Part shown: positions 41,824 through 56,242 of the stretch, in pieces
Position numbering within the stretch: position 1 is the first letter of the stretch
Layout of the letters: the number at the start of each line of letters is the position of its first letter
DNA from: Octopus vulgaris
Taxonomy: Eukaryota
NCBI GenBank assembly: GCA_951406725.2
Contig: OX597815.1
Location: 200,694,001-200,758,000, forward strand
DNA length: 64,000 nt
Direction of reading: 5' to 3'
Position numbers and translations under genes: made by a program
The notes under the pieces: model-generated
The model's input: only the letters and a program-made list of their open reading frames with translations
The model's database searches: none
Told to the model about the DNA's origin: nothing

Positions 41824-43557
41824 TCATTGTTATTTATCACCCCTGTCCTCGAAAATATGTTCCTGAAAGAATATAAGACATACATGACTAAGCCAACTAT
41901 TGTTGATATATATATGTCATATGAGAACGGAGAGAATGTAAGCAAATTGTCGTATCAATTTAGATGTTGCTCCTTAGGGCAGCGAAACGATGTAACGGGG
42001 CTACCTTCAACTTATTTTAAGAGCTACAAACATCATTCAAGTCTTAAGTTACGTACCGTATCATGCATCACGTGATTATCAATTATCTGGGATAAACTAA
42101 AACGAAATGATAAAAAGCAAAATACACTCCGTAAATTGTAAGTAGTTTAGTGGAAGACAAATAAATGCAGAGAATCGCAAATTGCCCGTATTGCTGGCAA
42201 GAAAGCCAGAAGTAGAGAAACCCGTTGCTTATCGACTTATCTTGACGCTTTTGGGGTTGGTGCAGCCTGTTCCAGTAAATATTTAACACATTATCGTTCT
42301 AAATATCGCCGTAAATTGCTTTATTCTTCTTGATACGTCCACGACTGGTATTATAAAAGGCAGAAACATGTGAAATGAGAACGAAATACCAAACGGGTAT
42401 TTAGATTCGTCAGTCTAAATTCTCAGTCTAAATTCCACTTGAGACGCGTATATCTTTTTCAAAACTCCATTGCTGATAATCGAAGTACTAATATAATACA
42501 GATATTGATTTACTTCGAATACAGTCTTCCGACAAAATGTGGTTACCTTGTGTAGAAGCCAGAGATCATTGATATAATTATTTTTTCTTCAACTGTCCAT
42601 GCTAAGGAAGTGAGAATGAACACTATAGAGCCAAAGTAACTACATTAGAGCATGAGGTATGTCTTTATTCTCTAAGTTAAAAAGCTGTCGGGGTCGGCTT
42701 GTGAAAGTATCTCCGTTGTAATTAGAAAAGCTTCCTGGGTCAGCTTTACATATTTATTCTTCTGTAATCTCTGCAATAAATAGCAAAATATACAACATTC
42801 AATTCAGTCAACTGTAAACCTACCTTACTAGTTACAATTGGCGATGTGCTTACGTCAGAGTCCAATATTTTGATGCAGGTTGCTATTCATAGTATCTATG
42901 ATATCATTTGACTCAGACGAACTAAAGTATGTAGGCTGGAGATTATATTATTTGAAGAACGTGTCCGTTTCATATTCTGGATTGGATTCGATGGTGTTAG
43001 GTTGATTGATTTTTTTTCTCTGTTGAAAAGGAAAGAAAAGAAAAGCTATTGCAACATTATATGTTAAAGGAATGCATTGATTTCATTGGATATGAAAGAA
43101 ACTAAGTTTATTTCCAGTCTGTTGAAGATATATTTCTCTTTGATCATTCACCTCGTCTTTCTGTAATCTAATGTAAATTGGAACAGAAAATATTTCGCAC
43201 ATGTGCAACACTTTTTGGGTGTAAGACTTAATTTTATCTCTCCCCGCCACTTCCACCACTGCACAAATATATTTAACATGTCCGTGAAGAATGTGTATTC
43301 CGTTCGATTCGAAGGTAAAAACAAGTTTCTTACAATAACCAATTTCATTAATACAGACACATACAGACATGCATTCAGTTTCATACGTTACACTGTATCT
43401 ATGCATAAAGAGAGAAATGGAGAGAAATATATAATGGGTGAAACTATAAGAAGATATAGCAAAAAACATTAACCCTAATATGCACACATACAAATTACAC
43501 AAAAACGCTCAGACACACACATATATATATATAGTGAAAATGTGATTGGAAGAATAA

Positions 43558-43605
<48 letters not shown>

Positions 43606-43790
43606 AGATATTCAAGTGAAAATGAAACAGCGATCCACACATTCAATTTCTATATTTTTATTAATTTTCATATTTCGAGTATGTTATTGGTGTTATATGA
43701 GGTGTTACTTAAATGAAAGAAAAAACAACTTGGATATGCGACCAGATCAAACGGAAATGTATTGAAAGCTATAGAATAACGGTTCTCTCT

Positions 43791-43838
<48 letters not shown>

Positions 43839-43881
43839 GTAACACACACATACACACACCCGCGTTCATACATGCATACAC

Positions 43882-43940
<59 letters not shown>

Positions 43941-45769
43941 TAAACATATATATATCATATATAAATATATATGTATATACATATATATATGCACGCATCT
44001 GTATACATACATGTTTGTTTTGTGTGTGTGTGTGTATACATGAATACACACATATACATATATGCACACACAATATATACATATATTAGACGTGACAGTA
44101 ATTTAGATGTTTTAGCAAATCTGGCTTTTGAAGCTGTGTTGGATGAATACCAATATATAAACAAACTTGGGATCCAACTCGGGAACAAGTGGTTAGAACG
44201 GATACTGTAGTTTATAAAGAATAAAAAGTAAAGAGACGGAGTAAATGTGCCTTAATTTTATATAAATACCTGGGAAAAAGGAAGAGCTAATTTGTTTGTG
44301 GTAATCATTAGGTGCGCAATTTTGTCGCCATATTAAGAAATACTTAAGACAGTGAGCTGGCAGAATCGTTAGCAAGTCAAGATTTAAAATGCCATCAAAG
44401 TCGACATTGCCCTTCATTCTTTCGATGTCGATAAAATAGTTTTAGGCCACCGCAAATCATTCTTCTCCTGTGAGCAATATGGTGATTGTTGATTCTCTGG
44501 AGTTCACTTCCATCAGCGTGTTGTAGCCCACTTGAGTACTTGGGTTGAACTTCCTTGCCTTTTCCCCAACAGTTGAAATCAATATTTGGTAAAGTTTCAT
44601 AGTATTTTACAGAGAATTTATAAAAGGATATTGTTGCAAGCTTAATGCTTTCTTTCAGAAGAAAATCCTTAAATACTTTATAGTTGCAAAGGGGCTGTTT
44701 TTATTTTCGAAAATGAAAAGTATTATTTGTAAAGTACGAAATGAAAAGGGCTACAAAATTTCAATTATACTATTTCGTAGATCTGATACTTATTTTTAAT
44801 TAACTATAAGTCTTATTCTATGAATTATATATGACGGTTAGTAATCATTGTATATTTTCTCCATTTACGGAAGACATAAAATAGCCGCTAAAAATATATA
44901 ATATGGAAAGGATTTATACTACTAATGCACTAAAATGACTGTTAATTCTCTCAAAAAATTCTCTTTACGCTTAAGCAAGAATTCTCAGACATATTATGAA
45001 TAAATAATTTTAGAAAGACAGGGTTATTGAAACATAACTTTAAATCTTAATTATATTTGCTTCCATAATTTCAGTTAAAAGTACTAAAGGAATATAAATC
45101 AATAAAATAAAATATTTTGAAAATTATACTTATTGTATTGTTGAATATGTAAAGAAGCTCTATTTTGATAAATATATTTTATGGCTTTTAACGTTACGTT
45201 CGCAGCAAGCGGTGTAATTTAACAATGCGTGTAAGAGAGAAAATTGGACCTATGGGGTACCGGTGTAATCTTATATATTGTAGTTTAAAATCAATAAAAT
45301 TTATATGTGAAAAATATCAATTGTTATTAAAAGCAATTTATAATACATAAGGCAGTAATAATATTAAATTATATTTAAAAAATAGGTATATTTTGGTTGA
45401 GAATATTAATGGTGAAAATTCAGACACACTACAGGCGGTGCAATAATGAGAGCGTACATGTGGAAATAAATACAGTATGTATTTACAAAACAGTCTATTC
45501 ATTGCTATATGTGAGAAAACAAGATAACTATTTGCCTATATAGTAATTTATTCTTCTCTAAACTACATCACAAATAATAAAAACATACAATGCTTTATTC
45601 ATGTCCAATATACGTCTTTTTGAACGAGCAATACCTATATATAGCATATACTTATACCCACACACATACACATATATATGTATGTAAAATATATATATAT
45701 ATATATATACGTGTCATGCTGTACTATTCGAGGATAAATCCTGTGCACGATACAGGACTACACATGATT

Positions 45770-45900
45770 TGTTAGCTAATCTTCCGGCTCTATGTTCAGC
45801 AGATGTAAGGCATGTTTCACTACCATGCAGCGACGTACATTTGGTGAAATTAGTGTATGCTTGCATCATCGGCACCATTCTTAAGTTGAATCTTTCCATA
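45770..45900 (-). pseudogene. Highly decayed RTE-like RT C-terminal fragment
   Basis: YTNFTKCTSLHGSETCLTSAEHRAGRL resembles the L.GSETW motif. Confidence 0.4.
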
Positions 45901-47009
45901 CTCGTGAGCTGATACGGGTTGGTATTTTAATATCATATCTCCATATTCTTTTAGCGCTCCATATCCGAGATATTAGCAGTCATGTGGCAAAGGCGAAAGA
46001 ACTTCTTTATCTTATCCTAGTATCCTCGTTTCAGCATACAACTTGTTAGCCAACTTGTTATTGGAAGCAGAAGAATAGCTATGAATCAATTATTGCTAGG
46101 ATGTAACAGCTGCATGTACATACAACGGCATAACCGTAATTCATCTTCTACTTTTGTCTTCATCTGAAGTGAGAGGATTAAAGCCCATGCCATATGCCTA
46201 ATACATGGTTAGATCTCCTTGTTATGTTGCCAGAGTAACACGTAAAATGATGTTTCGAAGAGCGTAGGTATGAACGGACAGCCTTGCTTGGTGTCTTTCT
46301 GGCAATAAAATACACATAATACTGCATCTTGTATTTTCTGAGCACAGCGTCCCCTGTTTTCTCTCCGACACTCCCTTTCACCATCGTACTAACGGCATTA
46401 CTATGTTGTCTCCCTCTGTTCTAGACTCATTACACTCCATTGTACCATTCGTCTTCGAAGTATCATATCATGCATTACATTTCTGGTGAGCATTCACGGT
46501 GTAAAGAGTAATGTAAAGGGGTCCCTGTGAACTATTGAAAATGCGTAAGTGACGTCGATGAAAGCGACGCAATTACGTTATTCTTATGCTGGTGATGGGC
46601 GTGGCTTGTATTTGCTGTTGTCATTTTATTTGGGATAACACACAGAGTTAGGAATATGTGGTCTTTACACCGTGAATGCTCACCAAAATTGTAAGGTATC
46701 ATATCATACTTCGAAGACAAGCATAGCACTAGTTCAGTCTACCTTCCAGGGATTCGACAAATTCAAAATAATAGAAAATTAATGCAAATATCTACAAAAC
46801 AGGGAGCGATCAAAAAGGAAATATATCCACAGTTCTGAAACACTTAGAGATTACATACGTTAGAACTTGTACTAACACTCTGGAATGCTAAGAGAAAAAA
46901 TATGTTAATATTATGCCCTAGAAGAGACCTTTCAGAGTAACATAAGTACCGTACTCTGAGATATGTCCATAAAAAAATATAAAACCCTTCCAACCAAAAT
47001 GTCATCTGA

Positions 47010-47120
47010 ATGCATGTGGCAATATATCTCAGTAAGAACTGGGAAAAAAGATCAAAACAAATGGATCTCAAATTAGAAATAATGGGAATGCGGTGCCTCA
47101 GAAGAGTCGTAAACAATTGC
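47010..47120 (+). pseudogene. Highly decayed RTE-like RT C-terminal fragment
   Basis: IYLSKNWEKRSKQMDLKLEIMGMRCLRRVV resembles LYGSE.W...KLE..EMRCLRRI. Confidence 0.4.
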
Positions 47121-47630
47121 TATGATTATTGGTGTTTTGGGAATGATCCAAAAAACACCCAAAGAAATAATGAAAGAAAACTTCAGGACATGCGATTATA
47201 GATAACATATAAAGAATAACAATGCTGCACACCTCATACATCATACAGAGAGCACATTCACTAAAATGAAACAGGACCAAAACAAACGAGAGCATGTGAC
47301 CAGATCAAAAGAGCTCTACAGTCACTCGGTGGTGCAGCGAAAGCACGCAATGAAAATAGCTCTGCTAAGTGATAAAAAAAAAAACAACGACAACAACAGC
47401 AATAATAATAATAATTTCAAATTTTGGTACAGTGCCAGTAGTTGTGTGTGAAGGGAGTAAATCGATGACATCGACACAGTATTAAACTGGTACTTATTTT
47501 ATCGACCCCCGAAAGTATGGAAACTGAAGCGGACCAGGCAGGAATTTGAAGTTGGAGCGTGAATAGGGATGAGATGCCGGTAAGCATTTTCGAGGCATGC
47601 TAAAGATTCTTCCAGTGTTCCGACTTAAAA

Positions 47631-47648
47631 TTGCTACTACTACTACTT

Positions 47649-47721
<73 letters not shown>

Positions 47722-47740
47722 AACAACAACAACAACAACA

Positions 47741-47789
<49 letters not shown>

Positions 47790-47830
47790 ATAATAATAAT
47801 AATAATAATAACAACAACAATGATAATAAT
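47631..47830. repeat. Compound trinucleotide microsatellite (ACT)n/(AAC)n/(AAT)n
   Basis: Directly visible. Confidence 0.95.
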
Positions 47831-48447
47831 ACCTGTATACACGTGGATATGCATGCCTGTATGGTTTTAAAATTACAATATAGAAGAAATGAAAGTTATG
47901 AAATATAATAAAGATAATTTACACAAAGGTGTTGTTTGTAACTAACAAAAAACTTACAATAAATTGAAGATAAATGCAATTCAGAAGATACAACTTAGTC
48001 GCTTTCAATCAATGACGTAGCAAAACATGGCAGAGCAAAATCTTAGAAAATCTTTAGATTTTTGTCTAATAAGAGACAAATATAAACAGCTCTTGACAAC
48101 TGTAAATAAAAAGAGATATATTCCAGATTTAATTTTATTTTAATGATTGAACAACCAGTTTAAAAAGGGAAGTGCTTAAAGAGCTCGAAATAGAAATGAA
48201 ACTGAGTCATGAAATTTCTATAAGTTAGAAATAATATAGATTTTGTGAGCAAAACTTCATAATCATGGACACGTAATTCAGTTTGAAATATCTTCAGTTT
48301 AAATAGCTTCTGTTTAAAAGAAATTATATAGGAAGCTTTCATGGCAGTCAAGAATATCCACTGGTACTTTCTGTGATCCAATGATACAGGAATATCAGAA
48401 CCAAAGCAGAAAATTATTTAGACAAACTGAATGAAAGGTAAACCATA

Positions 48448-48662
48448 TTCTTTTACTCTTTTACTCTTTTACTTGTTTCAGTCATTTGACTGTGGCCATG
48501 CTTGAGCACCGCCTTTAGTCGAGGAAATTGACCCCAGGACTTATTCTTTGTAAGCCCAGTACTTATTCTATCGGCCCCTTTTGCCGAACCGCTAAGTTAC
48601 GGGGACGTAAATACACCAGCATCGGTTGTCAAGCGATGGTGGGGACAAACACAGACACACAA

Positions 48663-48743
<81 letters not shown>

Positions 48744-48903
48744 CGACGGGCCTCTTTCAGTTTCCGTCTATCAAATCCACTCACAAGTCTTTGGTCGGCC
48801 CGAGGCTATAGTAGAAGGCACTTACCCAAGGTGCCACGCAGTGGGACTGAATCCGGAACCATGTAGATGGTAAGCAAGCTACTTACCACACAGACACTCG
48901 TCC
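48448..48903 (-). mobile_element. tRNA-derived SINE family A
   Basis: Full-length copy. Confidence 0.9.
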
Positions 48904-49629
48904 TGGAATCTCAATACTTAAAGACAACTGTAAAGACACGACATAATTTAAATGACACATAAAACAAACAACAAAATAATAAAAGCTACGAAATGTATGC
49001 TTCAATCTGAAGCAAGTTTGAAAAGGTATCTGAAATAAGTCATTCAGTGGTTCTAGTTAATAAAAACCGAACTGTTATATTCGAAGGAAAATAACAGTTC
49101 ACCTACAAACCAAAATTTTGTTTTCAATAGCTAGTTCAATTGGAGAACAGACAATACGTCAACAACAGCAAAAAAGATAGAGGGGAATAGCGGAGTTGAT
49201 GGAATAATAATGGAAGCTGTCCAAAATATGGAACACGGCTCCAAGCAATCGTGAGAAACCTTACCGGGAAAATAATTACCGCAGGTAGTAAAAAGATTAA
49301 CAAACAATGTGTAAGTAACAAAGAATGACAGCCTTTCAATTTACTTTTTAAGATAATTAATGGGGACATAGGGACATGAACAATATATATATAAAAAAAA
49401 AAGTGATGTACAGTAACATAGTGTTTGAATGAGGAAATCCTTTTACAGACTCATTTTATTCTCTAAAACTAAAAAGAAATCGACTAAGAGTAAATTTAAA
49501 TAAAAAAAGGAGAAACTGCTTCTGGGAAGACGTCGAACATTAAATGCAATAATATTGCAATGAATAAATTAAAGTCTAGAAACACAAATACTGCAAAACC
49601 TTACATAGCTCTACAGGATAGAAGGCTAT

Positions 49630-49750
49630 ACAGGAGTGGCTGTGTGGTAAGTAGCTTGTTTACCAACCACATGGTTCCGGGTTCAGTCCCACTGCGTGGC
49701 ACCTTGGGCAAGTGTCTTCTACTATAGCCTCGGGCCGACGAAAGCCTTGT
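49630..49750 (+). mobile_element. SINE family A head only, joined to unrelated sequence
   Basis: caggagtggctgtgtggtaag..aaagccttgtg, then diverges from the other copies. Confidence 0.8.
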
Positions 49751-49992
49751 GGTTAGTTCATTCCACAGTGACGTGTTGTATCATTGAGCAACTCACTTTA
49801 TTTCACGTTGCTCGAGTCCCCTCAGCTAACAAAACTGAGTAGTATATGTATTTCAAAGGGCCGACCTGTGTCACGCTGTATCTCCCTGACACCTAAGTTT
49901 AGAGTACACGAGTCTGTGGAGTGCTCAGCCACATACACGTTAATTTCCCGAGTAGGTTGCTCCGTTCGATCGGATAAACTGGAACACTTGTT

Positions 49993-50203
49993 AAGTTAAG
50001 TTAAGTTAATTTTTTGGCTCAAAAAGCAAAAAGCAAGGCCATGTAGGGGGACATGGAGTTATGTACAAGGAGAGTGTTCATGCAAAGAGTTCAGGCCATT
50101 TCTGGTCAAGAGAGACTTTGAAGCTAGCGGTCGTCGGCATCTTCACTATCTCGTCCGGTAGCGTATTCCACGGATCCGCAACTCGGACAGAGAAAGCCCC
50201 TCT
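49993..50203 (-). mobile_element. CR1-type LINE 3' end with (TTAAC)n tail
   Basis: RGAFSVRVADPWNTLPDEIVKMPTTASFKVSLDQKWPELFA*. Candidate TSD cttgtt at 49987-49992 and 50204-50209. Confidence 0.75.
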
Positions 50204-51154
50204 CTTGTTGTCGTAACCGATGGAGTGTAGTTTGATATCAAAGAAAATAAACAAAACAAAAGACAGAAGGAAATATTATACACTTTTACACTAACGACAT
50301 TTCTATAGAGAGCTCAAAAATGTAATGTTTTCATATCAGTAAAATGTACTAATGTTACATTCACCATTTATTCCTGTATCGTATATTTTCTGTTGCCACC
50401 TACACATTGTTTATTATTAAAATATAAGTAGCTTACGTATTCTTATAGATAGCGTAACGGTAATAATATTTCTTTCTGTCATAGGCACAAGGCCTGGCGT
50501 TTTAGGGTAGGAGTTAGTCGATTACACCACACCATTACCCAACTGGTAGTAACAAGTTTGACCTCGAACAGATGAAAGGCGAAGTCAGGTGTGGTGGAGC
50601 TTGAACTCAGGACCTAAAGACGGACTAAATGACGCCAAACATTTTTGTCATTTGTGCCAGTTCGACACCGTAATGGTAATTGATAAAAATAATAACAAAA
50701 ACAATAATATTAATAGCAAAACAACAAAAATGCCTGTAATAATTTCTGTTGCAATTATTTTTTATCGTTATCATTTTCCAGAAAGTTGGCAAACTGGCGG
50801 AATCGTTAGCATAACGGACAAAATGTATAACGGCATTCCTTTCGGTTTAAACTTTGGAGTTTAAATACCGACGACGTACACTTCGGCATTCGTCCTTTCA
50901 GGGCCGATAAAATAAGCATCAGTTGAGTGTTGTCGTCGATGTAATGGCCTACCTGTTCCAAGCCAAAAATGCAGGCCTTGCGCCAATATCAGATATCATG
51001 ATAATTTTCTTAAACTTTATCATGATAAATTTTTAAAACACATGAATTAGTCTTGCTGTATAGCATTAGCTACTTCATATCTAGCTTCACGGTGACTAGA
51101 AATAATTGCGTAATATCTGAATGCAATATAAATTCCATATCATAATATACGTCA

Positions 51155-51392
51155 CCTTCTTCAAGCCTAGCAAGACTCATGGGCCTGGTTTCCCGGTTTC
51201 TGTGGCGTATGTGTTCCCAGTCCATCGCAGCGTTACTCAAGAAACAGGAAGAAAGAGTGAGACAAAGTTAGGGCGAAAGAGTACAACAGGGGTCGCCACA
51301 CCCCTGCTGGAGCCTCGTGGAGCTTTAGGTGTTTTCGCTCAATAAACACACACACAACGCCCGGTCTGGGAATCGAAACCGCGATCCTCCAA
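51155..51392 (-). mobile_element. Third SINE-like family (related fragment at 6205-6365)
   Basis: Minus-strand B-box-like ggtttcgattccc; tail similar to 6210-6365. Confidence 0.55.
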
Positions 51393-51944
51393 CGATTTCT
51401 GAAAAGTACAGACGTCACTGCACGTTCGACGTTCAAATTTCAGTGTTGTTAATAAGTTGGTAGAACTTGATCTAAATTCAAAAAAAAAAAAATTACATAT
51501 ATCATGTAGTATATTTTTTGAGATACTACTGTGGTTCAGCAAGTGGTGCCATTAATTTTAGAACTAAATCTCATAGGGTTGCTTTATATTACATATACAG
51601 AGTACTGATGAAAAAACAAAACACCGCCCATCCCCCAAAATATATATTTGCAACATTTTCATTCGAAAGTATGTATTAGATATTAATATTGATGCGAAAA
51701 CCCAAATGCTGGGTTCCTCCATATTAAAAACACTGTAGATCTGTGAATTAAGGTTAGAGTGCAGAGAAGGAAAAAATAATACAAAGAAAAACGGCTGAAC
51801 ACAGCATACGTATCAAGAATCCAATAGAGAATAATGAATAATGAGAAATTGTGAAAGGTAAAGTGTACTAGTAAGATATAAGAACTGATTTGCTTTTTAG
51901 CAAATCCTTTTGAACATCTTTCATCAGCCACACACAGTTTTTGC

Positions 51945-52010
<66 letters not shown>

Positions 52011-52051
52011 CTATATATATACATGTATATTAATATATATGCATGTATATG

Positions 52052-52105
<54 letters not shown>

Positions 52106-52146
52106 GTGTGTGTGTGTATATGTATATATGTGTGAATTTATGTATA

Positions 52147-52182
<36 letters not shown>

Positions 52183-52468
52183 TGTATGTATGTATGCATA
52201 GAGTGTTAGGTGTGGTGTAGAGATACTGAGTATTGAGAAAAACGATCGTCAGAATTTGGTGAAAAGATATTTTTATTTATTCATTATTATTAAGTCTTCT
52301 TTCGTTTCTCGAACTCGTCAAATAGAATTTTGTGAATGTACAAATAGCTTGTTCATTTATTTAAAACAGATTTGGTGGGAGGGTTAGAAAAGGAGTACAT
52401 TTTTTTTTATTGGGTGAGGTCCGATCACGCCGAAGAAAGATAGCTAGAAATATAGGTTGATAGGTTGG

Positions 52469-52528
<60 letters not shown>

Positions 52529-52661
52529 CAGATGGATAGATGACAGAGAGAGGGAGAGAGAGAAGAGTATCCCACTTCCTATTTACTACTCACTTATTTG
52601 GTCATTTACCATTGTATTGGAGTGGGTTTAAAGATGGTGTCCTCTTCAAAATAAAAAGAAA

Positions 52662-52828
52662 CAGGCGCAGGAGTGGCTGTGTGGTAAGTAGCTTGCTAAC
52701 CAACCACATGGTTCCGGGTTCAGTCCCACTGCGTGGCACCTTGGGCAAGTGTCTTCTACTATGACCTCGGGCCGACCAATGCTTTGTGAGTGGATTTGGT
52801 AGACGGAAACTGAAAGAAGCCTGTCGTA

Positions 52829-52884
<56 letters not shown>

Positions 52885-53110
52885 TGTGTCGTGTGTATAT
52901 GTTTGTGTGTCTGTGTTTGTCCCCCTAGCATTGCTTGACAACCGATGCTGGTGTGTTTATGTCCCCGTCACTTCACTTAGCGGTTCGGCAAAAGACCGAT
53001 AGAATAAGTACTAGGCTTACAAAGAATAAGTCCCGAGGTCGAGTCGCTCGATCAAAGGTGGTGCTCCAGCATGGCCGCAGTCAAATGACTGAAACAGGTA
53101 AAAGAGAGAG
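52662..53110 (+). mobile_element. tRNA-derived SINE family A
   Basis: Full-length copy. Confidence 0.9.
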
Positions 53111-53332
53111 GTGTGGTGTTGTCATTACTGAAAATATTTTTGCCTTCTTTCTCTAGTTTACCCCTTCTTCCCTTCTTTCTTTCCCCTTTCTTCCTTTTCT
53201 GTTCTTTCCTTCTTTTTTTCCTGTTCCTTTCTTTATTTTCTCTTCTTTGAGTTATATTTAGACTACAAAATGTACTGCCACTGCTTTTCCTTCAAACATT
53301 CAGTTCCGGAGAGAACCCCTTGATGAAGTGCA

Positions 53333-53375
<43 letters not shown>

Positions 53376-53679
53376 ATATGTACTTGTGCGCGCGTGCTTG
53401 TGTGTATATGTGTGTGTTTGGGAACATGTCCATGTTGATACTATGTAATTTCGATGTTTTGCATTAAAAAAACAAAATCACACGTCTTTGAATTCCACGT
53501 TTTTGCATTAGAAAACATTAGTATAACACTTACAAATTAGAAAAACACGCAAAGCCACACATATACACTTCAATATTTACAGAGATGAGAATATGTTTCC
53601 AATATTTGAGTTATATTTAGAATACAAATTGCACTGTCTCCGTTTTTCTTTCAAACACTCAATTTTGGAGAGAATTGTT

Positions 53680-53800
53680 TTTTACTGCTTGGCAGACGGT
53701 CAGACAGTCATTTGAAGATGTTTTTGTTAAATATCGTCATTGATTTTCTTCAATAAAATTTATTGAAAAAAAGCCGCAATAATTATGCACCAACCCGGTA
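53680..53800 (+). mobile_element. Mariner 3' end with terminal inverted repeat
   Basis: ccgcaataattatgcaccaacccggta resembles the reverse complement of the Hsmar1/MADE1-type TIR, ending in TA. Confidence 0.55.
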
Positions 53801-53814
53801 TATACACGATAATT

Positions 53815-54435
53815 ATTCTTAACTATGTATAAGTTCTTTGTGGTGTGTTTCACGATCGCTACTTATATTCTTTGCCCGATGTTTTAGGCACTGAGCAATC
53901 CCTCTCTTTACACTGTATGGATGGTGGGAATTGAAGTTGAGGTATCGTCCAGTAAAGGTCGTCTTGCGGTATACGGATGTTCTGAATCCATACTTGGTGA
54001 GCATTATTAATACGTCCAGGAGTGCCAGATGATTGTCTTTCTTTCCTTTTCCATTGTGAACTGAATGGATGGCTTTATTGAGTTTACCTGATCGAACAGA
54101 ACATGGACATCTTCCTGGTGGAGCCAGAGTATAAAGATGTCCAAGTGCTGTTAGAACATGTGAATTCAATAAAGTCATCCATGCAGTTCACAATGGAAAA
54201 GGAAAAAGACAATCAGCAGGCATTCCTGGACGCATTAATAGCACGCACCAAGTGTCGAAAAATACCTTAGGAATGAGAATCCAGGTTCGAAATTTCCCCA
54301 AAACACCTGATGAAGGCTGGAGGGTATATCAGCCGAAACGTTGTGTTAACAACAAGCAAGATGAGGACAAATATCTGTCAAATGTAAATAATGTAAATAA
54401 CGTACATAATCCCTCATCTCTTAAATATAGAACTG
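53815..54435. mobile_element. Rearranged Penelope/Poseidon-type element: inverted RT fragments plus pseudo-LTR with HHR
   Basis: Minus 53819-54085: DNHLALLDVLI..FRTSVYRKTTFTGRYLNFNSHHPYSVKRGIAQCLKHRA. Plus 54103-54251: DIFLV..DVQVLLEHVNSIKSSMQFTMEKEKDNQQAFLDALIART. Then an HHR region. Confidence 0.85.
54302..54347 (+). ncRNA. Minimal type I hammerhead ribozyme
   Basis: AACAC CTGATGA a-GGCTG gagggtatat CAGCC GAAAC GTT GTGTT. 5-bp stem I, 5-bp stem II, palindromic AACGTT stem III. Confidence 0.82.
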
Positions 54436-55659
54436 TAACAGATAAAAGATACACACCTTACACACACACACATACGCAGAAACACACGCACGAGAGTGTA
54501 TGTGTGTGTGTGTGTCTGTGTATGTGTCTGTGTCAGTGTCTGAGTGTCTATGTGGGTATTAATGTCTGCATGTCGACCAATAAAATCACTTTTATATCAA
54601 ACTGTTGGATTAGACGTAGAAGAAAGAAGACATCTCGGTTTGCATGTCACCAGCCTACACACATTTATGTTATGAGCCAGATACTGTTTTTATTTAAGCT
54701 TATATATCAAAGTAAGCAGTTGAGATGGGTTCCAATTTCCAGCTATTTACACCGGAATCGGCAACGATGAAATTTGTGATTGAAATTTCCCTTGGTTGTC
54801 AGTTACTCTTTCACATTTTACTCATTGCAATTTGGTTTACTTAGTTTCGTTTCCTTGTTATCTAACATTTAATGATTTGAGCTAATTGATTTAAATGTTG
54901 GCTGACGTATTTAGCTGATAGGTTAACTAAGAATATAACTTAAACAAACTGAAATTTAACAAAATCTTTAGTCCGTTACTATATCCGTTCACATGATATT
55001 GAATTTCCGATCACCAACATATATACATACATACATATGTGTGTGTATTTGTGTCTAAGTATATGTGCGCGTTTGTATGTATTAAGGGATGTCATGCAAA
55101 AAAGATAGACACAGATGCACCCTCGGTTGCATCCCTTTTACACACACGACATATATATACATATATAAATAACATTTACAAGCATGTATAAAAGAGGGGG
55201 AAAGGAAACGTTCCGGCTTTAAGGGTCCCGTAACCTGCCTAGTTTTTTTACAGGGTATAGAAAAACTGACGGACTTCTGCAGTGTGTGAAAAAAATCATA
55301 ATTACACTCATCTGCTTGTATTTTCTATTACCCAGTGCCAGGACATTTTCAGTTCCCTTTCTTGTATATGTATAGCACACACACAGTCATGTTTATAGAG
55401 AATGATATAATGTTAAGTAACGTGAAATATGGAATTTTAAACTTCATATTTCCACAAACTTACCATTTCATTTCAGCAACGTAACTGATGACACTTTTAA
55501 AATTTGTTTCGAAATGCACGTTGTTCATCTTTAGATATTCTCTTGGCTTAGCTTTGCTGAAAAAGATTAGGAAGATCTGCACGCTCATTCGTTGCTGATA
55601 AGGCCGATGTGGGATTGACGTATCCGATTTCAATGATGACAGAGATATGAATATCCAAG

Positions 55660-56225
55660 TTCTGATGACGCAGCTGCATTATTTTTTCGCCTCTGATGCT
55701 TGTCTTCAAGAGAAGCACTGCAAGAGATCTGAAGGGGGGAAACACCATCTCTGATGCTATGGCGCCAAGCAGCACGGTCAGTTGTCAGAGTGGACCATTC
55801 ACGATAATCACGATAGTCACAAACGCTAAAGGACTTCTTCAGGCAGTCCTTGTAACGCTTCTTTGGTGCCCAACCCGTGCTGCAGTGGCCAGTGGTGATC
55901 TAACTGTACATGACGAACTTGGTTAGGTGGTCGTCTTTCATCCTGTCCACGTGTCGTGCCCAACGTAGTTGTGTCTGAAGTAAAATGGCTTACATGCAAG
56001 TAACCTTTGCTCGCTTGAGGACCTCAATATTGGTGATGTAGTCGCACCAGTTGATGTAGAGAATGGTACGAAGGCTGCGTTGGTGAAAACTTTCAAGGAG
56101 CCGGAGATAACAGCGGTAGGGGATCCAGGAGTCAGGGCCATATAGGAGCGTTGTGAGGACGACGGACCGGTAGACCCTGACTTTTATGCTGATCTTAAGA
56201 TGCTTATTATTCGACACACGCTTGT
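55660..56225 (-). mobile_element. RTE-clade LINE 3' fragment
   Basis: KVRVYRSVVLTTLLYGPDSW..LESFHQRSLRTILYINWCDYITNIEVL..QLRWARHVDRM..APKKRYKDCLK..DRAAWR. Confidence 0.88.
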
Positions 56226-56242
56226 GTACTATTTACATATCT

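Noticed and set aside
51880-52325. Minus-strand CTGATGA and TTGACGA..GAAA motifs near TA tracts
   Set aside because: Incomplete cores and no inverted arm; possibly old relics but unsupported.
52662-52740. tRNA gene
   Set aside because: The A/B-box-like motifs belong to SINE heads and no complete cloverleaf was evident.
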